Assembly (NCBI GenBank): GCA_964350605.1
Contig: CAYGKP010000002.1
Coordinates: 1 to 38,283, forward strand
Reading direction: 5' to 3'
DNA from: an uncultured Cytophagales bacterium
GTDB taxonomy: Bacteria; Bacteroidota; Bacteroidia; Cytophagales; JAAEPT01
Length of the DNA: 38,283 bases
The notes under the pieces were generated by a model, which was not told the origin of the DNA, did no database searches, and saw nothing but the letters and a program-made list of their open reading frames with translations. Shown here in pieces: positions 8,701 to 16,700 of this stretch; the stretch's first letter is position 1, and each line of letters opens with the position of its first letter. A program made the position numbers and the translations under genes.

Positions 8701-10035
8701 GGGGAGAAGGGCACCTGGCGACCCGACGCGAGCTATACGTACGTGGATGCCCGCAGCCAAACCCCGGGCATGAACCTGAGCGTGGACGGGACGATGGATG
8801 ATGTTCCACTCTTCAACTTTGACGATCAACTGTTTACTCAATGCTACCCCAAGTGGCGACAGGTCAACACGATTACCGAGTACAGCCCCTTCAGCTTCGA
8901 ACTGGAGAACAAGGACATCTTGGATCGGTACTCTGCGGCACTTTACGGCTATGATGGGCAGCTCACCACTGCTGTGGCTGCCAATGCGCGCAACCGCGAG
9001 ATCGGCTACGAGGGCTTCGAGGAGTACACGGTTGGCCAAGCACTCGGTGTCGATAACCTTATGACTGGCAACCTGGATTTCCTGAGCCAGAGCCCTGGGG
9101 CTGTCAATCTGGAATCTTGGCAGAGCTTCGAAGTTCTCTCGGGCAATGACAGCCTGCTGATCCTGCCGATTCCCTACTCCTCAGCCGAAGGAATCGAACA
9201 GATCAAAGTAGCTGGTGCAAAGCTGGGCTCCGGCACCGAGAAGACGATTTGGGGTCAGTATGATGTCAGTTACATCGCCGAGCACCCCACTGATCCCCTC
9301 AAGAGCATTTGGGTACTCTCTGGCTTTGGCCATTCGGGTCTTTGGGCTGGACAAGCTTGGGTTCCTCAGTTAACCCCTGCTGACTTCAGTGTAAACGCTG
9401 GCGGCGGTGTTGGCATTTCAACTGTGGGTGCCCACACCGGGACAAACAGTTTGCGAGTAGCCACGTCAGTAAGCGTGCCTCAAAGCCGACTCTGGCCGCA
9501 AGCCGGTCAGCGTTACGTGGTGAGTGCCTGGATGCGTCCGGAGAGTGCCACTAGCCAGTTTATGGGCTACTCACAAGGAGTCACTGGTTATGTGGGCAAC
9601 GCACCAGCCTCAGTGACTTCAGGTGCGAAGGTGAATGTCTACGCATCGGACGGGGCAGCCCAGACTTGGACATTGATCGGCACGATCTCGCCAACAGGCG
9701 GGGTGGTAGAAGGATGGCAGCGCGTCGAAGGTGAGTTTGACATGCCTGCTGGTTACTCCAGAATCAGATTGGAGTTGGTTAGCCCCCAGATTGACGGGCA
9801 GTTTGCTGCCTCGCTGTGGGATGACATGCGAGTATTGCCTTCCGATGCGTCGATGCGAACCTACGTATACGACACCGAGACCCTCCGACTTTCGGCCACT
9901 CTTGACGACCAGAACTTCGCTACGCTGTACTTCTACAATGAGGCAGGGCAGTTATACCTCACGCAGAAGGAGACTTCCTCGGGGATTCGCACGATCCAGC
10001 AGTCGCGCGTTCACATGAAAGAAACCAACGAATAG
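2770..10035 (+). CDS. Giant (2,421 aa) secreted or anchored protein with SpvB/TcB-like N-terminal signature, Gly-rich beta region, Cys-rich insert, CBM-like beta-sandwich and terminal YD-like repeats
   Basis: Uninterrupted 7.3-kb ORF with a hydrophobic N-terminus. 'FSGDFTYNVPLFELPGPNGGYPFNLAYHGG...WVGLGWSLNPGAINRQMRGLPDDF' parallels the SpvB/TcB N-terminal signature (..LPLP..GRGg..P.L.L.Y.S...GLGW....I.R.T..G.P.Y). 'GTNSLRV...GQRYVVSAWMRPES...GWQRVEGEF...LWDDMRVLP' looks like a CBM4_9-type sandwich. The C-terminal 'YVYDTETLRLSATLDDQNFATLYFYNEAGQLYLTQKE' is YD-repeat-like. Confidence 0.88.
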   Translation: MKLIRRNLRLMAAFLVVELLGEMLAPQMVMALTSGPTQPEVTSFEPVGTTEMVDLFSGDFTYNVPLFELPGPNGGYPFNLAYHGGVTMDQEASWVGLGWSLNPGAINRQMRGLPDDFKEDTIKTKFSMKPQTTVGVSAGVGVEAFGSDLSGLYAGGSLDLQIYYNNYKGIGYSLGITPSLGYGFGDGTPGVDDFLGLGVSLSFDSQEGVGVSPRLSFSGQQKNAYRSYSIGFDVNSQDGLVGLSLGTTASNTATSKDSDSPSWAKGSGSYSSSYSFAAIAKTPTVKMPMGGWSAKLNFAFGLANFGTYPYGRVGGTFSIQRPQKSAVSKRAFGYLYLQDDTDNKGLLDFDREKDGVVSKASPNLAVPVLTNDVYSVTGQGMAAMYRPYRSDIGRINDPRETSFTGGGSLGLEFGVGLGGHFGGDLQIFSHSSKSGVWETDLHESDVDFQAWKPGSLFEPVYFQAYGEHSTDPLNELDHIGGTTAMRPRLDKSGLAWKAEKKMERGSGGIITLAQGPKVVNEERAPRSKAIQHFTNEQLGGAELALPLFSVPYKNESGTKNYLDRGDYKKHHIGGYQVVNEEGLRYVYGLPAYNNKQVECLFSLDPGTNNPGPITTNFGEKNGEPNYDVKRTDKFYQRTETPRYAHAYLLTSIVGADYVDADYDPAEPATWGPSEGDHGYWVRFNYQRMSTDYKWRAPLYGANYIQGYRTTRGDDKGSYVYGEKELWYLESVETSSHIAVFHTSAREDAHGASKEVATSSSDIDMSKHSFRLDSVELFSKRAREADQAPIKVVHFKYDYTLCNGVQNWTDQNGITDGTGKLTLRKLYFTYGQSNRGKLSPYQFGYGNENPDYSSHQYDRWGGYHRLDSLGHGNWNALDFPYTVQYSTLGPESLKDSLDKYAGAWSLKQITLPSGGKIDVEYEADDYAFVQDKPAMQMMNVWVDKSDGNGPGSRIVQGRRRLYFELESSLSADAGDAERLKEVNKYLRGVDQVYFRALMTLREDGDFPEEYISGYAKVNPDQTKRGLWRAGGSGVYTHGYFDVEPMKGSKGRKYHPFSSGAWQHLRSEQPLYANLGGRLYGDGQEDEGEKLNKARINSLIGAIPNAIKMFKDFNEIAKNRDWGVDIKPEQSWIRLSCPDQIKYGGGHRVRSIVLTDAWDEMTGQQSSKQGQYYDYTMVERGNVISSGVATYEPMVGGDENPFRRGKEYSESKLLKTNNNLFFEMPVNESYFPGATVGYRKVTVKTLTSHRLGLPPEDAQNLPTSVSGTGATVHEFYTAKEFPVIVQETAMNAKPDKPFFFGIPFVGSVKITGLAASQGYSVELNDMHGKPKQVSHYAQRSDGTISNAPVSYSKYNYLFEQEFLSGDSLNVRYRLTNKVMTLTGEYVNGQAQKEERLMGVDYEFFSDLRENKDVSTNTQIGLGVDIIPALFFPIPIPSAWPTTHYQATTLRTAVTNKVIHRSGIMTGMEVYDRGSLVRSEYKLFDALTGRPVLTETTNNYDAPIYSYSMPAHLIYDGMGPAYKNIGLTFTEDVSPVSNKPGYYAITPGVGATWQNHLVPGDEFVVSKGGAPVATGQKNVRAIYEGKNGSNDPVFLFEDALSSEEDLNFFLTRSGRRNHLSVDVQSVVAMEDPTSERVEESCTTQVVFPIIDGERAYLSTLPSEIARTVNGIMNAYRNENIVDCGCVDSTGICSGCDTIYPEILYRFTGLFPPVDSLLPTPPTYYWLAKLNSESHHQYQNEFYPLSPDYQYIPVILSCEALGDDCDVFPDGIFWDDKLHKDTAAFNVSLMSSFDSVMSRWVYVNRGGVLFGGNSIPEDYVERRAGGGPIHQDFAVFFDATDGRIIPVWEIDSLYDPWIPRDMGCGINTYDSTCYASLGYNHGPQSNWGGEGVHYRMIKTNGDTIIALHAISGIPWRTYWETGPYLTLDTTDVVSSAYLVDDILSISATTFDDAHPLDFASLDTTQQVKAELGDRPFYHWSTGEKGTWRPDASYTYVDARSQTPGMNLSVDGTMDDVPLFNFDDQLFTQCYPKWRQVNTITEYSPFSFELENKDILDRYSAALYGYDGQLTTAVAANARNREIGYEGFEEYTVGQALGVDNLMTGNLDFLSQSPGAVNLESWQSFEVLSGNDSLLILPIPYSSAEGIEQIKVAGAKLGSGTEKTIWGQYDVSYIAEHPTDPLKSIWVLSGFGHSGLWAGQAWVPQLTPADFSVNAGGGVGISTVGAHTGTNSLRVATSVSVPQSRLWPQAGQRYVVSAWMRPESATSQFMGYSQGVTGYVGNAPASVTSGAKVNVYASDGAAQTWTLIGTISPTGGVVEGWQRVEGEFDMPAGYSRIRLELVSPQIDGQFAASLWDDMRVLPSDASMRTYVYDTETLRLSATLDDQNFATLYFYNEAGQLYLTQKETSSGIRTIQQSRVHMKETNE

Positions 10036-10045
10036 ACCTGGAATC

Positions 10046-10741
10046 GTGAAGCGGCTAGTGATACAACAGGTTCTTTCTTTGGCGCTCTTCGCGGTGCCAG
10101 CGATATCTCACGCTCAGGACCTCCGAGCTGATTTGCAAGCTGCTTCGGATTGGTATAGCCGGACTAGTGGCTTCAGAGTGGACGGGCGAGTAAAAATGCT
10201 GGATGGTTCTGGTGTAGATCAATCTTTTATTCTTGTCCGCTCGGGCAATTCGATTTACACCAAGTTTTTCGGCTCCGAAGTATTGCTCAATGAGCAAGCA
10301 ATGATTTTGGCCGAGCCACTGAACCAAACAGTCGTCTATCAACCACTTAAGCCAGGGGAGTTCGAGAGGCAGCTTCGCAAACGAAAGTTAGAGTTGGTGG
10401 ACACCTCCATGCTGGCTGCTACAAACTATTCGGTTTCGTATTTGGGTGAGAGCAGCGGGCTTAAAACCTATGAACTCACGTATGTCTCTGGCGCGATCTC
10501 CAAGGCTTGGCTTTCGTTTCGCTCCAGCGACTCGTTTCTCACCAAGGTCGAGTACTCGACGGCCCCGGCGGTATCAGGCGGTCGAGCCTCTAAAGTGATC
10601 ATCAGCTACAGTTCGTCTGCTTTGTCAGCCACGGACGCGATGCTGCTCAATCGATCGAGAATCCTTACTGGAAGCGGTGGGGCAGTGGAGTTGGCACCAG
10701 CATACAGTGGTCACCATCTAATTGTTGCCAGCAATGAATAG
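10046..10741 (+). CDS. Small secreted protein between the two giant genes (possible adaptor/chaperone)
   Basis: GTG start 10 nt after the giant gene's stop. The signal peptide is (M)KRLVIQQVLSLALFAVPAISHAQ. The protein is 231 aa with a beta-rich composition. Its stop overlaps the RHS start (ATGAATAG, 10734-10741). Confidence 0.7.
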   Translation: MKRLVIQQVLSLALFAVPAISHAQDLRADLQAASDWYSRTSGFRVDGRVKMLDGSGVDQSFILVRSGNSIYTKFFGSEVLLNEQAMILAEPLNQTVVYQPLKPGEFERQLRKRKLELVDTSMLAATNYSVSYLGESSGLKTYELTYVSGAISKAWLSFRSSDSFLTKVEYSTAPAVSGGRASKVIISYSSSALSATDAMLLNRSRILTGSGGAVELAPAYSGHHLIVASNE

Positions 10742-13700
10742 GGCTCGCGCTATCCTACTGATGTTATCTGCGCTCGGGCTACAGCTCGCAGCGAAAGCAC
10801 AATCCTTGGACTACGGAGTTTCCTACCGACTCAGTAGCTCGCAGATTAGCGGATCATCAATGCTCAAGGCAGTCGAGCCTGTATTGGGTGAGGGCGAACT
10901 CTCTTCGCAAGGATATGATGTGATGGTACAGTTGCGTTATGAACGCACCTATGGCTTGGATATCGAAGCGGTAGCTTGGTGGAAGCAAGTGATTTATGTG
11001 GTGCGCTTTTATGATGAGACTGAGCTCTTGATCCGAGAGGATCAAGACACCCTTAAGCTAGACCACTCTGGCTCAGGCTTTAATTTTTCACCTGTTAATC
11101 TGTACCGTTCGGTTTCACGCCATGCTGAGCTTGAAATCCTTTCGACCAGTTCGCTTGGCAACCCGCCGCCGGATATCAATCTGGAGTTGGTGTTTTCTCC
11201 CCAGTATGAGCGAGCGGGAACGCTCACTGCGCCTGAGTTATTTGTTGACGGATCGGACTCTATCGTGAGTTGGAGTTATGTGATTGGTAGCGAAGGTTTC
11301 GAATTGGAGTGGGTGTTCATTGATTCAGAACACGAGTCTTTGGAAGTCATTAATTCTTCTAATGCGTTTGATTGGATTCGCCCTGTGCGCTTGGTTAGCG
11401 AGGAACAGCACCATTTCTTCAATGAGGCCCTGCCTGCAGGGACGGTGTATTTCCGGGTCAGGGGCCTCCGTGATGAATCGCAACAAGGTGAACGCGGTGT
11501 GTTGCAGGGGCCCTGGTCGAATGTGGCAAGTCTTGTGGTTTCGCCGGGTACGATGCTAACGGGCATCAACTGGCAGTCGGTGGTGAGTTATGCGGAACAT
11601 GGCCGCTCGAAGACATTGGTAACCTATTATGACGGTAGTCTACGCAACCGCCAAAGCGTTACTTCGTTGAGTACCGATTCGTTGACACTGGTTTCCGAGT
11701 CGGTTTATGATTATGAGAGCAGGCCCAGCATCAGCCTGATTCCCACACCCATGCAGGGAAGTCAGCTGTCGTTTCGACAGGGTGTTCATGCCTTTGAAGG
11801 CACAGAACCGGAGAACGAACGCCTTTATGACCGATACGACGGATCTGCACCGCTGAGCACGACCTCTAAAGTGGAATCGTATTATGGTGGGCAGTCTGGC
11901 ATTGAACAACTGAATGCCGATTTGCTGCCCCAATCAGAGGGTTATGCCTATGCCCAGACGGTATTCACCCCTGACGCAACGGGGAGGGTCGAGCGCCAAT
12001 CTATGCCCGGTGCACGCTTGAAGATCAACAGTGATGATGCGCCATTGGACAGCCTTCACTACACGCGCTTCTACTATGGTAAGCCAAGTTCAACCGAACT
12101 GCATCGTCTGTTTGGTTCGAATGTGGGTCTCTCCAAGCACTACACTAAGGAGTATGCGGTCGATCCAGATGGCCAAGTGAGCCTCACCTACAAGGACCAA
12201 GAGGATCGCGTGATTGCAACTGCGTTGACTGGTGAGGCGCCTGACAATCGTTTGCCGCTGGCCAGCTACCAGCCTGAGCTGAGCACCTTCAACTTGGATT
12301 CAGACAATCAGATCAATAACCTCACGGGTGTTTCGCATTCGGAAAGCAAGATTGTTAAAACCACTCCAGGCGATCAGCGCTACTATTTCTACTACGACTT
12401 GGAAGGTGTGATTCCCTCAGGGAATTCGGCGCTTCCTACCCTTTGTCGCACGTGTGGCTACTCGCTTCACATTCACATCGAAGACCCAGATGGTAAGGTT
12501 GTCTACGACACGTTGCGAGTGTTCCCTGCTACCCCCGAAGATCCCAATTGCGGGGTGGATACCGCTTTCACCCGAGAGCATAACTTTGACACTTTGTTCA
12601 CCAAGGTTGGAGAGTACACGGTCTCAAAGACTCTGTACCTGAATGAAGAAGAGATCTTTTCCACCTTCAGAGAGGTCCGTGAAAGTGCTGCAGTTGCACT
12701 TGATTCAGCGGGGCTCGTCGAGTCTTTTCTTGACCAACTCAATCCTTCACTTTGTGATGTTACCTGTGAGCAACACTGTTTGACCAAGGTCTATCGGGAC
12801 AACCCCACTTGGGACCCTCAATCTAGTTTGTGGGATAGCTTAGATCATTCTCAGCAGGTTGATAGCTTACTATTGGTCTGTGTAGAGGACACTTGCTACG
12901 GGGTGTTAGACTCCATCTTTGCCGAGGTAAGCGAGGCAGAATGCGAGGGAATGGAGGGCGCCATGTTGGGTCAACTCTACCCCGATGGGTATTGGAATAG
13001 CGAGGAACTTCATACAGCTGATGGCCATACACCTGTCTATTGGGCCAAATTAGATGGCGCTGTTTTTCTTGATTCTGTGGGCAACGTGCTGAGTCCTTCG
13101 CCACCGGATGCGAGTTTTTACGATTGGGACAAGTTTGTCCCTTCTTGGGCAGAGGAGTTGTTGCCTTATCATCCAGAATATTGCATTCATCAGAAGAGTT
13201 GCCTGCAAGCCGTGCCAGCCAAGGATTTTGCCCGCGAATTGATGCAGGTCAAATCGAAGTCGGCAGCCATTTTCAAGAACTATGATGAGATCAACGCGCT
13301 GCTCAACGCTGATGATTTCTTCAGCAACTCTAGCGCTTTGGGCTGGGGGAAACGTGGGGATATGGTCGACTACATGACCAGCTTCGTCGATGAGGATGAG
13401 TATGACACTGACTACAATGGTGACGGATATGAGGACAGCACCTTCACGATGTGGCGGTTTTTCGAGTTGGACTATCTCTACGAACTCTCTGACCCGGCCT
13501 TGCCACATAACTCCGCGACAGAGTGGGATATGTTCCGCGCGGCGTATTTGGCTTACCGTGAGGAGTTGTTGCAAGAGATTGTTGAGGATGAGGTCGCCTC
13601 AAATTCAGGCTGCGCATTCCAGAGCGGGGAGCATGCCCTCTTTCCCCAGCCTGCTTTTCCTAAGTCAGAGTCAGAGATCGATTCATTGTACCAACTCGAC

Positions 13701-16700
13701 ACAACTGGACAATGCGCCGAGCAGTGTGAGTTGAACGTACAAATCTGGATGCAGGCGCTCTTTGATAACGGTTGTTCGGACGGTGATTCCAGCTATTTCA
13801 CCACAGCTGATTCACTGACCATTGCTTCCAACCTGTTGTCCTTTTGTATGGATAGCTGCGATGCGTCAGGATTCTTGTCAGGAGCCCTTTGGCTTGATGA
13901 TAGTCTCTCAAGTGATTTAAGAATTGATTCAGTGATTACAGTTCTTTCAGGTTACCCTTGTGGCTGGTCTGACATAGGGACTGACCGTGATTTTTTCTGT
14001 TCGGGTCACACCCGGGAGTTAACATTCACAACGTATCAAGTCATTGATGCAATAAACGACATCGCAGCAGCGAGACGAGACTCCTCCGCAATCTATTCTT
14101 ACAGTACCTATTCGGGATTGGACACAGTGTTTTCCAACCATGTCTATGGTAACTGGGACCCATACAGCATTGTATGGAAATCATTCCTAGTGCCTACTAG
14201 CGAGATCCATAACTATGATCCACTGACAACTCTTTGCCCTGGAGTTGACAGTATAAGTCTAGTTGTTTACGATAAAGAAGATGTGACATATCCTTGGTGG
14301 TATACCTGTAGTGCAGATGCAAGTATGAGCGAGTATGAGTATCGATTACTTTTCTACTTTGATTCATTAGAAGCTAAGTATTATGAAATCAATTTTGTTG
14401 GCAGCAACCCCCAATGCCTAGCGGGGAGCAATCACTGCATACAGATAAGGTTTTTTACGCAGGATGCGCTTGGCTGCCATTACATTCCCAGAGATAGTAT
14501 TGTGGGAGTGAGGAATCCCAGAATTGACTTTGGATGTGAAGGTCGTCCTCCATGTCAAAGTGGTGAAGGGTTTCATTTGCACGATAGCAATTGGGACTGG
14601 GATAATCAGAGTGCTTCGTGCATTCTAACGGATGTAGAGCTTTCGAATGGCCAGATTATTACCACATATGTAACCACCACTGGATATGGTTATTGGGGTC
14701 AGCTTGATGTAAAGACAGATCAACTTGAGGTATCATTGGATACTTGTATCTTCAACGAAGAGAATTTTTCGTATCATTTGGATTGGCAAGCAACGCGAGA
14801 CTCCTGCATTTCTCAACAGCGAGAAGACTTGCTGCAAGAAGCTGAGGCTGCCTGGCAGGATACACTTCGAATTTGGAGTTCTGATTACGTTGAAGAGCAT
14901 TTTCGCTCGTGCATGAACGAACCTTTTGATGAGAGCTTCTACTACACAACAGAAGCCGGGGACTACCACTACACCCTCTACTACTACGACCAAGCAGGCA
15001 GTCTGACCCAAACGGTTCCGCCGGAGGGTGTGGATGTTTTGGGTAGTTCGGCTTTCAACACAAAAGGCGAGTACCAATTCTCGGTTGAGCCCAACCATCG
15101 CCTCAAGACGATCTATCGCTACAACAGCCTGGGCCAGTTGACCTACCAGAAAACCCCCGATGGCGGCGAAACGCGCTTCTGGTACGACAAGGCCGGCCAG
15201 CTGCGCCTCTCGCAGAACGCGAAGCAGGCGACTGAGGATCACTTCTCCTACACCAAGTACGACTTGCAAGGCCGCGTGGAGGAGGTTGGTCTGCTTGATG
15301 GCCTAGCCCTCGACTCGACGGCTCTGAGCGCGTATACGCCTGCCGTGTATGCCCTGTTGGACAACTACTCCTTCCCAGAGGAGCCGACTTATGCACTCAG
15401 CGAGCAGACGATTACCCATTACGACGATCCCTTTGGTGGCCTGATCGCGCAGAAGTATTTGCGCAACCGCGTCTCTGCTGTGGAGGTGTTCGACCACACG
15501 AGCACGCTGGTGAGCACGACGGCCTACAGCTACAACCCGCACGGCCATGTGGACCGCGTGGGGGTGAAGGTGGGCGATCTGCCGACGAAGGTGACCGAGT
15601 ATGACTTCGACCTGATCAGCGGGAACGTGAACGAAGTGCGCTATCAGCCGGGCGAGGCGGACCGCTTCTATCACCGCTACGAGTACGACGCGGACAATCG
15701 GATCGAGGCGGTGTATACCTCCAGAGACGGGTACATTTGGGACCGGGAGGCGCGGTATTTCTACTACGCGCACGGGCCGCTGGCAAGGGTCGAGATTGGG
15801 GAGTACAACGTGCAGGCGCTTGATTATGCGTACACGCTGCAGGGCTGGATCAAGGCGGTGAACATGCCGGGTGCATTGAGCGAGGAGACGGATGGGTTCA
15901 GCCGCGATGAGTTCGGGTATGCGCTGGGGTATTATGAGGGGGACTATACCCCGGCGGGCGCGGTGAACATGGGCAGCGCAAGCCAAGCGAATTTGTGGAC
16001 GGGCAACCCGGCGGGGCAGGTGCTGGGCGACGGACTGTTCACCGGGAACATTGCCTTCATGAACACGGACATCCGCCAGTATGACAGCATTCCAGGGGTG
16101 ACCGGGAAGGGCAACAAGCTGATGGCGTATCAGTATGACCAGTTGAACCGGTTGCGGCAGGGTACGTCGTTCAATGACTACACGGGCAGCTGGAGCACGT
16201 TGACGGGCGACCAGGGCGACATGGCGGCCACCTACGACGGGATGGGCAACATCTTGAGCCTGACGCGTGGGAATGGCGACAACTTCAGTTACAACTACAA
16301 CCGCGACGGGTCGAGCGAGCTGGTGAACAACAAGCTGCGGGGTGTGGGTGGACTGCATGGCAGCAACGCGACTAGCAACTACAGCTACGATGAGATTGGG
16401 AACCTGACTGCCGATGCGAGCGACACAATGCAGGTGGAGTGGACCGTATATGGTAAGGTAGCCAAGATCACTACGCCCGGCTCGACCACCGAATTCACCT
16501 ATGACGGCGCGGGCGAACGCGTTTCGAAAACCGTGACCAAACCTTCGGGTACGGTGAAAACCCAGTACGTCCGCGATGCCGCTGGCCAGCTTCTCTCGGT
16601 CTATATCGACGGTGTTCAGGAAGAGGTTCCGCTATACGGTTCGTCGAGACTCGGCGTTTGGAACCCGATGGCCCTGCGCGACACTTCCCATTTCACGGCC

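Noticed and set aside
7670-14930. Idea that the low-GC Cys-rich segments are diversity-generating retroelement variable regions
   Set aside because: There is no reverse transcriptase gene in the window. I could find no template-repeat copy of either segment and no adenine-specific mismatch pattern to evaluate.
15303-16358. 351-aa ORF on the minus strand inside the RHS gene
   Set aside because: It is antisense to the GC-rich YD-repeat region. Its translation is an Arg/Val/His/Pro-rich low-information string with no motifs. Long spurious antisense ORFs are expected at about 62% GC, and the sense frame has unmistakable YD repeats.
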